The notes beneath the pieces were generated by a model that saw only the letters and a program-made list of their open reading frames with translations, was not told where the DNA came from and searched no databases. This document shows, piece by piece, positions 17,599 through 26,748 of a DNA stretch of 36,045 bases. A program made the translations under genes and the position numbers. Origin of the DNA: a virus. Taxonomy: Duplodnaviria > Caudoviricetes. How positions within the stretch are numbered: the first letter of the stretch is position 1; each line of letters opens with the position of its first letter. The stretch lies in IMG/VR virus record IMGVR_UViG_3300016659_000147, positions 1 to 36,045 of that record, one strand, 5' to 3'.

Positions 17599-18243
17599 TT
17601 ATTTATTTTTTATTTGACTAGCATAAATCATGTAACAAAAAGTATCTATATGCAATTTTTCAAGAACGCAATAATAGCCTAACCTTGCAAATTTATCAAC
17701 TATCGCTAATGTATATTTGTATTCTTGTAGCCTATCACAAACAAAGCCGCATGTATGAATTTCAATAGCCCATTGATTTACTTTTTTGATCACATCGTCT
17801 GGTTCGTTTAAAACGAAAGAGAATTCAAATCCCTCGACATCCAATTTCAAAAAATCAATAGATTTTAAATTAAATTTTTGTATAATTTTACTTAAATCAT
17901 AAGTTTCAACTGATTTATCAAATCCAACCAAATTGATATTTTTGTGAGTTATAAGGCCATTAGTTGTGATGATTTTTTTGCTTTTCTTGCAATTTTTTAC
18001 AAGCAAGTCGTAAAAGTTCTTATCATATTCAAATGAATATATTTTTTTAGCTTCATGCTCCAAAGCTAGTAAAGTAAAAATTCCAATATTTGCACCACAG
18101 TCTACTACAATATCTCCCTTTTTAATTCTTAACCCGTGTCTAAAATATTCTTTGTCTTCCCAAATTTCTTTATAAAAATTCTGATGCATTTCTATTGTTT
18201 TTTTGTCCCAAGAAAGATCGATTGTAAGATCAGAAAAATTCAT
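17599..18243 (-). CDS. FkbM-family methyltransferase
   Basis: VVDCGANIG, YSFE, IDFLKLDVEGFE, IEIH. Confidence 0.85.
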   Translation of the reverse strand: MNFSDLTIDLSWDKKTIEMHQNFYKEIWEDKEYFRHGLRIKKGDIVVDCGANIGIFTLLALEHEAKKIYSFEYDKNFYDLLVKNCKKSKKIITTNGLITHKNINLVGFDKSVETYDLSKIIQKFNLKSIDFLKLDVEGFEFSFVLNEPDDVIKKVNQWAIEIHTCGFVCDRLQEYKYTLAIVDKFARLGYYCVLEKLHIDTFCYMIYASQIKNK

Positions 18244-18260
18244 TGTTACACTCCATCCCC

Positions 18261-18307
18261 AATCATATTAGAAAAGATACAAAAAATGTCACTTTTCTAA
18301 TATGATT
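18261..18307. repeat. Perfect 16-bp inverted repeat between nrdA and the FkbM gene
   Basis: AATCATATTAGAAAAG (18261-18276) / CTTTTCTAATATGATT (18292-18307), 15-nt loop. Confidence 0.85.
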
Positions 18308-18317
18308 AGGGCATATC

Positions 18318-21300
18318 CTATTGGCAACTCTTGCAGTCTAGAATATTTCTTGCAAAAGCTTGGGCTGCGTTCACGGACATTTGATAGTAAAATCCTTTAA
18401 CGCCCATCCTCCAAGCCTCTACCAGCAAAGAATTAACATCCTTAGTAGGAATTGATGGATGAATCATAAGATTCAAAGATTGACCTTGATCAATATGCGC
18501 TTGTCTTTGAGCAGCTTGTATGACAATTTCTTTCGGACTGATTTCAGCAAATGTTTTGAATACATCCTTTTCTTTTTCAGAAATAAAATCTAGATGTTGA
18601 ACACTACCAGCATTCATCAAGATGCTTTTCCAAACATCATCAGTATCTTTTCCCTTTTCTTTCAACAACTTTTCAAGTTCGCTGTTCTTGATAGTAAATT
18701 TGCCCTTCTGCAAATCTTTGATATAGTAATTTGTCCTATGAGGCTCAATACCTTCTGAAACCTGCCCAAGAATAAAAGCACTATTATGTGAATGAACACC
18801 ATTGCTTAGAACATAATAATGGACATCAGGAACTTCCATATCCATAGTTGGAAGTATTCCAGTATAATTTTTTTCTGTCACTATTAAATTGTTGTTTGTA
18901 ATGAAACCTTTTTCTATATTGTCAATAGCAACCCAGTCGCCTTCAATATTTTTAAGTCTGTGATTGCTAGTAAATTTATATTTACAACCATCTGTAAAAG
19001 TTAACTCATGCGTTGGTTCAAAACCATTAAAATAGAATCTTGTGCATTCTTTAATGCCAGCATCAGTAAATACTTTTACTGATGGGTTGAGTTCCAACCA
19101 TTGCTTTTCAGCTTTTTTGATTTTTTTCACAGTAGGAATGTCATTTTCGGCAATCTCGCAAGCCTTAATTGAGATTTGTTCGCCGTTCCTCTTAACTACA
19201 ATGGTTTCATCATAACGATATTTAATTTTTTTCCCATTATCGAGTTCGCACTCGATAGACATTATTTCATGCAAGTCAAGACCGCCTCGTCTTGTAAATT
19301 CAAAATAATCTATATTATCTAGATTACTGTCCTTAAATTTTGTATCAGGAGTAGTACAAGATTTCGTAGGGGCAATTGCCAATAAAGTTGTATTTCTTCT
19401 ACCGTATCCCTTGCAAACCTCTGGTTCGCCATATTCTTGCGCCAACTTTGCACTTGCTGCATAAGCAGATTTCTTGATGTTTTGAGCAATCTGCACATTA
19501 TGCAATTTTGCTTCCATACTCTCCCAAGGAATCATTTTACTTTGCAGGTAAGAGTGCCATCCAAGCCAGCCCACACCCAAAGCACGATGTCGTTCAGCAA
19601 ACCTGACTGCCCTCTCCATGAACTTGATATTTTTGGCTTTTTCAATAAACTCCGTCATAACAGCATCAAGAAGATAAACCAGAATCTCTACCGCATCTGT
19701 ATCTTTCCATTCGTCATAATACAAAATGTTCATGCTGCTAAGGTCGCAGACAAATGATTCATCTTCATTATCAACTAAATATATCTCATTACACAAATTT
19801 GAGTGTGTTATTTTCATTCCTTTTTCTTTGTAGCAGTCAGCAGTATTATTATTTGCGTTATCTATAAAAGAAATGTATGGGTAACCAATATTGGCCCTTG
19901 TTTCAAGAACCTTAGCCCACACTTTTCTCTTTTCAACATCGCCATCAATCATAGCCTGCATCCAGTAATCTGGTACAGTTACGCCAAAAGATAAGTCTTG
20001 AATAGCAAAACCTTCAGACCTAATCTGAAGAAATTCCATGATGTCAGCGTGGTCAATCGGCAAATATGCAGCGAAATTACCACGGCGAGTGTTTCCGCAC
20101 ACCATTACTCTGTTTTCATAACGCACCAGCAATCTTCCTTCTGGAACTATTGCACAATAAACTTTACCATTATAATGTTCTTTGGTTATTTTTATTGCTT
20201 CTCCGCCACGGTAAGCATTTTCGCTTATCGACAAACAATATAAATTTTGTTTGTTTCCCTTCGCTAGACGAACTCTTATTCTTGTTTTGAATTCAGCTAA
20301 TGAGGCAATTGCCTGAATTACATCTATGTTGCTTTTTTCAACACTTGAATAAAGAACACACCCGCCATGAGCTACGCTTCCATCCCAATGAGATAATTCT
20401 TCTATGAATTCTTGTGCCCAAATACCATTTATTGAATCAAGATTCACCCATTCAATAAATGTTTTCTTTTTGATAGACTCATCATAGTCGAAACTAATGC
20501 TAATAGTTGAATCTGGATTTGTTTTCTTTTCATAGTTAATTTTTAAATCTTTTAAAAATCCTTCTAATCGATTGACTTTTCTTTTTTTAGAAAAATGAAA
20601 ACGAATCTTTCGATTGTCTTCGTCTTTTCTTCCGTCTGCTTGATAGGCTATCCTGAGCCTGTCTGCAATTGTCAAACCTTCTCCTCTGCCAGCCCATCCA
20701 GCAAGAGGAATTCTGTTGTCTCTATGTAAATTTAAATCTTTTGCCTCAACAATTTCTGTGTTTGATGGCCAATAACGCTCTCTATCTTGCATTTTTCTAC
20801 GAGAAACAACCATTCGATGATTTGGAGTCACTTTAATAGACACAGAGTTTTCAGTTTTCTTGCCCGACAGGCACACCAATTCGCCCTCAAAGTCATTTGT
20901 AACCATTTCATATTTTGAAGTAAAAGTAATATTGTTAAACTCATCAAGTTGAGCCAATTTATCAGTTGGCAAAACTTTTCTAAAATCTTTGAAACCATTG
21001 TTAGTTAAAACTTCGGTTCCTTCTATGTAACAACTTCCTTGACTGACAACCTGAATCAAATTTTCAAATGCTTGCATGAAGTGGACGGAGCCAGAACTTT
21101 CACCATTCTTTTTTATCTTTGATCCACGGGGACGAAGATTGCCGAAATATGCGCTTGTGCCGCCGCCATGCTTTGTCATCATCGCAACTTCTGCCCATGT
21201 AAATGCTATCGATTCCATATTATCTGATATAGATGATCCAAAGCAATTATGTAAAATTACTCCAGCGGCACTAAATGAATGATCTTCTTCTACAGTAAAA

Positions 21301-22631
21301 TCATAAACATCTTCGATTTTATCAGTCTTTTCTAATGTTACTATTGGGGCGTAATATAATCCATCTTTGAATGGAATTGCGCTATTACATCTGTTAGAAT
21401 TTTTACTTAAAATTGATTTTCTGATAACCAATGTATAAACATATGCAGTTGATGAAAATTTTCTTGCTTTTTCTTGCATCTGCAAAGATACATCCTTGCC
21501 TAATTTCAAGGCAATTTGATATAATTGCAAGATCAACTTGGGATTAGACAGAGTAATTTTCGTTATACCTGTTTTTCTAATGGAACCATCACCTAAGATA
21601 AATCCATTCAAAAAACACTCTAATTGATTTTTGGGCAAATTTATAATCCAATCAGGAATAATTTTTTCTTTACATCCTTTACCAAAACTTTCAAAATATT
21701 TCCCGATAATCACAGAATTAGCATTTGAATTATACCATGAATGTCTTTTTCCATGTCTCATATGAGATGATTCATATGAGCCACCTTCAATTCCAAAATT
21801 TTCACAAATAATTTTTAACCACTTATTTGCATATTCTTTTTCAGAATATGCGTTCATAGTAATCCTAATGCCATTTGGAACGCCTTTTTTGTTTGTGGAT
21901 AATGATCCTTCTGCGAACCAAAGGCCAAATGCCCATGCCAGATCGTCGCAAACAGCAACGCTTTGAAAAGGCTTAGAAAAATAAGAAACAATTTCCTTTC
22001 TTCGGTCTTTTCTTACTGTTTCAGCACCCTTTTTGCAAATTCTATCTTCTTTGATTAAATATTTATAATCACAATAATCAGTTAAATTTATTTTATATTC
22101 TTCTTCTTTGCTCTCAACTTCTCTGTTGATTGCAACTAAATGCATACGAGGATTTAATTCATCTACACGAACCCAACCCATATTTGTCAAAACAAGATGA
22201 TTTTCTGTAATATATAAGTTCGTCATTCTTCCGCTAATTTTTAATTTATAAATATTTGCTCTGTCTTTTGTGACCATTATATTGGTGATTTTTCTGTACC
22301 TGCCCTTATGTGTTAAAACCTCATCGCCAATTTTGATATCTTTAGCCATCTTGCCACCAGCAGACTTGGTGTTGACCCAAGTCTCGCCAACAACACAGCT
22401 AATCGGCAATCCTCTATCGTTCCCAAAATTAGTCCAAATTGGAGTTGATAAACTATACCAACCTTTTTTGAAATTCTCTTTGAATTTTGCACCGAAACCG
22501 GGCTTGTTGAGGTACTTTTCAGCAGAAGCGCAAATTTCATCGACTCTTTGATCGACGGTCTGACCATCAACCAAATAATCCCTGTCTAAAAACTGTTGTG
22601 ATATATCATTCAACCATCTGTAATCGCTCAT
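18318..22631 (-). CDS. nrdA: Class I ribonucleotide reductase alpha subunit with three inteins (spliced ~547 aa, no ATP cone)
   Basis: Exteins give LPISCF, GGGTS, QGSTRRG, SNLCNEI, APTKSS, IDQGQS, GFYY and C-terminal CKSC. Confidence 0.95.
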   Translation of the reverse strand: MSDYRWLNDISQQFLDRDYLVDGQTVDQRVDEICASAEKYLNKPGFGAKFKENFKKGWYSLSTPIWTNFGNDRGLPISCVVGETWVNTKSAGGKMAKDIKIGDEVLTHKGRYRKITNIMVTKDRANIYKLKISGRMTNLYITENHLVLTNMGWVRVDELNPRMHLVAINREVESKEEEYKINLTDYCDYKYLIKEDRICKKGAETVRKDRRKEIVSYFSKPFQSVAVCDDLAWAFGLWFAEGSLSTNKKGVPNGIRITMNAYSEKEYANKWLKIICENFGIEGGSYESSHMRHGKRHSWYNSNANSVIIGKYFESFGKGCKEKIIPDWIINLPKNQLECFLNGFILGDGSIRKTGITKITLSNPKLILQLYQIALKLGKDVSLQMQEKARKFSSTAYVYTLVIRKSILSKNSNRCNSAIPFKDGLYYAPIVTLEKTDKIEDVYDFTVEEDHSFSAAGVILHNCFGSSISDNMESIAFTWAEVAMMTKHGGGTSAYFGNLRPRGSKIKKNGESSGSVHFMQAFENLIQVVSQGSCYIEGTEVLTNNGFKDFRKVLPTDKLAQLDEFNNITFTSKYEMVTNDFEGELVCLSGKKTENSVSIKVTPNHRMVVSRRKMQDRERYWPSNTEIVEAKDLNLHRDNRIPLAGWAGRGEGLTIADRLRIAYQADGRKDEDNRKIRFHFSKKRKVNRLEGFLKDLKINYEKKTNPDSTISISFDYDESIKKKTFIEWVNLDSINGIWAQEFIEELSHWDGSVAHGGCVLYSSVEKSNIDVIQAIASLAEFKTRIRVRLAKGNKQNLYCLSISENAYRGGEAIKITKEHYNGKVYCAIVPEGRLLVRYENRVMVCGNTRRGNFAAYLPIDHADIMEFLQIRSEGFAIQDLSFGVTVPDYWMQAMIDGDVEKRKVWAKVLETRANIGYPYISFIDNANNNTADCYKEKGMKITHSNLCNEIYLVDNEDESFVCDLSSMNILYYDEWKDTDAVEILVYLLDAVMTEFIEKAKNIKFMERAVRFAERHRALGVGWLGWHSYLQSKMIPWESMEAKLHNVQIAQNIKKSAYAASAKLAQEYGEPEVCKGYGRRNTTLLAIAPTKSCTTPDTKFKDSNLDNIDYFEFTRRGGLDLHEIMSIECELDNGKKIKYRYDETIVVKRNGEQISIKACEIAENDIPTVKKIKKAEKQWLELNPSVKVFTDAGIKECTRFYFNGFEPTHELTFTDGCKYKFTSNHRLKNIEGDWVAIDNIEKGFITNNNLIVTEKNYTGILPTMDMEVPDVHYYVLSNGVHSHNSAFILGQVSEGIEPHRTNYYIKDLQKGKFTIKNSELEKLLKEKGKDTDDVWKSILMNAGSVQHLDFISEKEKDVFKTFAEISPKEIVIQAAQRQAHIDQGQSLNLMIHPSIPTKDVNSLLVEAWRMGVKGFYYQMSVNAAQAFARNILDCKSCQ
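18783..19358 (-). mobile_element. Mini-intein (192 aa) in nrdA at APTKS|S
   Basis: Starts CTTPDT, block B FTSNH, ends VHSHN|S; no LAGLIDADG motifs. Confidence 0.85.
20091..21032 (-). mobile_element. Intein (314 aa) in nrdA at QGS|TRRG with a degenerate LAGLIDADG domain
   Basis: Starts CYIEGTEVLT, VTPNH, IAYQADG, LSHWDGS, ends VCGN|T. Confidence 0.9.
21246..22397 (-). mobile_element. Intein (384 aa) with LAGLIDADG homing endonuclease in nrdA at LPIS|CF
   Basis: Starts CVVGET, ITENH, FGLWFAEGS, LNGFILGDGS, VYDFTV, ends ILHN|C. Confidence 0.92.
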
Positions 22632-24568
22632 TAGAACAAATCCTCCGCTTTGATAGGCTTAACCTTCTTGCTGTAAGTAACAGGTTTCTTGTGGAAGAAG
22701 TCTGTATTTACTTCAGCGTGTATTTCATCTTCAAACCATTTCAAGTCAACAAGTTTTTGAGTGTCCACATCAAAATGCTTTTTTGCCCCAATCATCTCTA
22801 GACTCTCATTGAATCTTTGCTTTACAAATTCCTTAACAGTCTCTTTGTTCAAAAACTTTAAATCGCCAGCTTCAAAAATCCAATCAACGATTTTGGCTTC
22901 TGCTTCATAGGCTTTAGTGCAAGCTCTTTGCAGTTTAGCATAAAAGTCATCATTGAACCATTGTGGATATTCTTTTTGAATTTGCTTTATTAAATAAACG
23001 CCCAATAAGGCATGAATACAATTTCCTGCAATAAATGTGTCATCCTTGTACCTTGTGACAATAACACCAGATGGTACTGTGACGCAGTAAACTTTTCCAC
23101 AGTAGTTTTCAACTGTTGTTTTTTCCAATCCATGACAAGCAGGCTTCAAGTCTTTATCGAGGAATGTAAGTTTATAACAAGGTTTGTATGATTTTTTCCT
23201 TTTGTCATTTCTTGTTTGGATTGATGTTCTGTAACCGCCTAATATTGCAACCATTTGTACAATATCAATTGCCTTTTTATTTGTTGAACAATAACCAAAA
23301 GATTCTTTAATTGTATTTTGATATCCATCCCATTTGGACACTTCTTCTATAAACTGTCTGCACCAAAGAGCAGATTTATTTTTGACATCAACCCATGAAA
23401 GTTCTTTGTAGTCAAAATCATGATTATATCTTAATTTGTAGACCACTTCATCTGAGTTTTCAGTTTGACATTTTATAAATTCAATATTCAATTCTTTTAA
23501 TATTTCTTCTAATCTTTCTTTTTTTCTCAATTTTGTCAATGCAATAGAATGTGTGTAGCCGCCTTCTTTTCCTCTAAGCCATATGTTACCGCTTTTATCT
23601 TTCCATTTCAAGTTTGTTCCATCCGCCTGAATAGCGATGCGTAGTCTGTCTTCAGGCGAAAGAGTTTCTAATCCAGAATTTTCCAACACACCACCATGAG
23701 GCAAATATTTTCTATTGTGTGGCAGAAATTTATGTGCCTGAACTTTTTTGAATTCGCCAGCAGCATCGTAATACACCATATCGTGATTTGGTGTTACCAA
23801 ACATTGATTCTTTTTTTTGTGAAAATGAATCATATCCCCTTCATATTTTTTTTCGGTTTTATGCAAAACTTTTGTAAATTGCAATTTACCATTTTCATAT
23901 TGAACAACATCATTTCCGACATTGATGTCACGAAAATCAATCCATCCATTTGGAGTTAATACTTCTGTTCCTTCTGCGTAACACTCTTCTTTTTGAGTAG
24001 CTTGAACAACATTATCAATATCTTTTAAACAATTCATATATTTGTTAAAAGACTTGATGATAAGAAATTGAGAAAACAAACTTACATTTTCAATAAAAAT
24101 GCTGAATAATGCCAAGGTAAGAGTGTAATTCTCATTGCTGTTGTCAGAAGCGCCTTTTAAATACTTGGTGAGATAGTCAACACGACCTTGAATCACAGGG
24201 TTTTGAAGCAACTCATCAAACTCATTGTTCATGCCCAAAACTTCAAGCAAATGCGAATAAGCATCGGCATGACGAACTTCGCTTTCGCCAAATGTTACGC
24301 CCACTTGGTCAAATTCAGCTTTTGGAAAACGATCACCAAGTTTCGTCCAAAACTTTTTGACTGAAATTTCAATCTGTGAAATTGCCAGCATGGCATTTTT
24401 GAGCGTCTTGCGCTCAACATCATTTAATTTGACATTAAAATCCTGAATGTCACCCAGAAAATTCCATTCGCTTACAAGCCAATAGCTATGGTTAATTGCA
24501 TTTTTATATTCAAGAACTTCTGGATATTCAAAGGGTTTGAAAGCAATTCGTTTGTTGAAAATACTCAT
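22631..24568 (-). CDS. nrdB: Class I ribonucleotide reductase beta subunit (class Id-like) with one intein (spliced ~324 aa)
   Basis: Spliced ligands E67, E97, H100, E160, E195, H198 plus K71 and Y104; C-terminal DFF...Y. Confidence 0.93.
   Translation of the reverse strand: MSIFNKRIAFKPFEYPEVLEYKNAINHSYWLVSEWNFLGDIQDFNVKLNDVERKTLKNAMLAISQIEISVKKFWTKLGDRFPKAEFDQVGVTFGESEVRHADAYSHLLEVLGMNNEFDELLQNPVIQGRVDYLTKYLKGASDNSNENYTLTLALFSIFIENVSLFSQFLIIKSFNKYMNCLKDIDNVVQATQKEECYAEGTEVLTPNGWIDFRDINVGNDVVQYENGKLQFTKVLHKTEKKYEGDMIHFHKKKNQCLVTPNHDMVYYDAAGEFKKVQAHKFLPHNRKYLPHGGVLENSGLETLSPEDRLRIAIQADGTNLKWKDKSGNIWLRGKEGGYTHSIALTKLRKKERLEEILKELNIEFIKCQTENSDEVVYKLRYNHDFDYKELSWVDVKNKSALWCRQFIEEVSKWDGYQNTIKESFGYCSTNKKAIDIVQMVAILGGYRTSIQTRNDKRKKSYKPCYKLTFLDKDLKPACHGLEKTTVENYCGKVYCVTVPSGVIVTRYKDDTFIAGNCIHALLGVYLIKQIQKEYPQWFNDDFYAKLQRACTKAYEAEAKIVDWIFEAGDLKFLNKETVKEFVKQRFNESLEMIGAKKHFDVDTQKLVDLKWFEDEIHAEVNTDFFHKKPVTYSKKVKPIKAEDLF
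23021..23983 (-). mobile_element. Intein (321 aa) in nrdB splitting the second ExxH metal-ligand motif (KEE|CIH)
   Basis: Starts CYAEGTEVLT, VTPNH, IAIQADG, VSKWDG, ends IAGN|C. Confidence 0.9.
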
Positions 24569-24593
24569 GTTGTTTCCTTTGCCGAGGTCTAAA

Positions 24594-24623
24594 ATAGTAC
24601 CGGGAAGAGTATGTAATCAGCAA
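24594..24623 (-). promoter_or_regulatory. Candidate sigma70-type promoter for nrdBA
   Basis: TTGCTG-18 nt-TACTAT upstream of SD AAAGGA and the ATG at 24568. Confidence 0.35.
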
Positions 24624-24636
24624 GACAAGAATTTTC

Positions 24637-26682
24637 TTAATCTTTTTTTTTGGTTGTAAATCCGTTTTCGTGAACCAAATCTAAAACATCGCAGCCGTCG
24701 AGCATTTGTAGGAGGCTTTGATCGTGAGTTGTGATGAATACTTGTCTGTCTTGTGAAAGTTCCATAATCATTTTGTATATTCCTATGTTGCCACTTAAAT
24801 CGACATTTGTGCTTACTTCATCTAAAAAAACAATCGAAGGTATTGAGCCTGCGCTTAACATCATGATGTGGGCAAAACTTTGACTTACAGCCAAGTTTAA
24901 TCTTCTTCTTTGACCTGTTGACATTGCATGATAAACATACGGATCGCCATCAGCCGGATTTCTTTCTATAGTTTCGTTCAACTCGTTATCAAACCGCAAA
25001 GTAATTTTATTGTCAATTAAAAATTGCAACCAGTAATTGATACGATTGTTCAATTCTGGAATGATCCCATCAACAATCCATTTGCGAATTCCATTGTCTC
25101 CAAAGCCAGCGATCCAATAATCATAGTAAGGAAGTTCAACTTCTAACTCTTTGATTTCCTTTTCTTTCTCCATTACATTTTGTTCTGCTTTCTGAAGTTC
25201 TTTTGCATCGTTTTCAAGAATCTCCTTGAACGGAGTATCGCCCTGTAACTCCTTGGATTTATTTTCAATTTGTTTTTTGAACTCCTCTATTTTTGATTGG
25301 ATAACCGTTTCTTCATTACCGATTTTTGGCTCACGAACTTGACTTGCTGTTACTAAGTCATTCCTTAATTGTGTGAGTTCGCTATCACAAACAGAAATCT
25401 GCCTTGACAATTGATCAAGTATTGTTTTTATTTTTTCTTGTTTTGTTTTTGCCGTTTCGGCTTTTTCTTGAATTTTCTTAGCTTGTTCAACATAGGTTTT
25501 CAATTCAGAATTTATTTTTGATATTTCATTTTGCAATTCTTTAATATAATCATTGATGTTTTCCTCTTCGATAAGGCCTTTGCATTTGTCGCATTTGGCT
25601 CCAATTTCGTTGGATTTAAGTTTTTTGATTTCTTCTTCTTTAGCATTTCTCTGCGTCACAAGAATCTTGCTATTGTTGCTGACTTCACGATATTCGTCAG
25701 CAATTTTTTGCGCTTCATTTTTGACTTCGTTTTCCTTAGATTTAGCCAAATCGATTTTGGTATTTAAATCATTTTTTTCCTTTTCTTTAGTTGGCAAGGA
25801 TTCATTTATTTCTTTGATTTTTTCTTGTGCTTTTTGATAAGCAAGAATAGCAGCGCCATTGTCCGTTTTTCCAAGAAGATTGATAAATTTATTGCAGTTA
25901 GCAGTTAAATCTTCCAACTCTTTCTTTTTATTTTCTTTCCAATTTTTTTCTTTTTCCTTAGTAAGATTCAACCTTCTGGTGGCTTCATCTTTGTTGTTAA
26001 GCAAAAGGCTATATTCTTTAGACTTAATATCAATTTTTGTTTTAATTTCCTTGCGTAAGCTTTTAGCGTTGTCAAACCAACCTCGATATGCTCCAAGCGC
26101 AAGCATGTTTTCAACAATTTCCTTTTTCTGTTTATTGTCACATTCAAGAAAACAAGCTCTCTGATCGTCGGTAAAAATAGAAATGTTTACAAATGCTTCA
26201 TAGGAAAGACCAATAATTGATTCGATCTTTTCCTGTGTTGTCGCCATAGTTCCTTGGGTTATTTCGGTAGTCTTGTCCCAAGTTCCGTTGGAACTTTCCC
26301 ATAAACGCAAGGAATTCTTTTTGTCATTTCCGCCTTCTTTGCGAATTCTTACAATTTTAAAATTGTCAAATATCAATTCAACCTTAGCATCTCGTTTAAT
26401 TTTATTGTGTACGACATCGTTTGCGCCAAGTTTCTCTGGCCTTTTAACAGTTTTGCCATAAAGAGCATAGGTTATAATTTCTTGAATACTGCTTTTTCCA
26501 GCACCGTTGCTACAACTACGGTTGTCCTCAACATGATGTTTTGAATCATTCGATTTGGAATCGAGGTTTACACCACGAATAAGTACGACATTCTTGTAAT
26601 TTTCAAAATGAAGTTCGATACCATCGCTTCCAAATGGAAGAAAATTATATGCTGCCGCATACTTGATTTTAAGATTCTTCAT
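24637..26682 (-). CDS. sbcC: SbcC/Rad50/T4 gp46-like recombination ATPase
   Basis: Walker A NGAGKSS, coiled coil with CDKC zinc hook, signature MSTGQ, Walker B FLDE, ITTH. Confidence 0.92.
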   Translation of the reverse strand: MKNLKIKYAAAYNFLPFGSDGIELHFENYKNVVLIRGVNLDSKSNDSKHHVEDNRSCSNGAGKSSIQEIITYALYGKTVKRPEKLGANDVVHNKIKRDAKVELIFDNFKIVRIRKEGGNDKKNSLRLWESSNGTWDKTTEITQGTMATTQEKIESIIGLSYEAFVNISIFTDDQRACFLECDNKQKKEIVENMLALGAYRGWFDNAKSLRKEIKTKIDIKSKEYSLLLNNKDEATRRLNLTKEKEKNWKENKKKELEDLTANCNKFINLLGKTDNGAAILAYQKAQEKIKEINESLPTKEKEKNDLNTKIDLAKSKENEVKNEAQKIADEYREVSNNSKILVTQRNAKEEEIKKLKSNEIGAKCDKCKGLIEEENINDYIKELQNEISKINSELKTYVEQAKKIQEKAETAKTKQEKIKTILDQLSRQISVCDSELTQLRNDLVTASQVREPKIGNEETVIQSKIEEFKKQIENKSKELQGDTPFKEILENDAKELQKAEQNVMEKEKEIKELEVELPYYDYWIAGFGDNGIRKWIVDGIIPELNNRINYWLQFLIDNKITLRFDNELNETIERNPADGDPYVYHAMSTGQRRRLNLAVSQSFAHIMMLSAGSIPSIVFLDEVSTNVDLSGNIGIYKMIMELSQDRQVFITTHDQSLLQMLDGCDVLDLVHENGFTTKKKD

Positions 26683-26748
26683 ATTGCAAATTCTCTCGCC
26701 TGTTCCTTAGATTAGGAACTATAATCCCTTGGCAAGAGGCATAGCAAG

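Noticed and set aside
18318-24568. Group I introns or frameshifts in the RNR genes
   Set aside because: All insertions are in frame, begin with Cys and end with Asn before C/T/S, so they are inteins.
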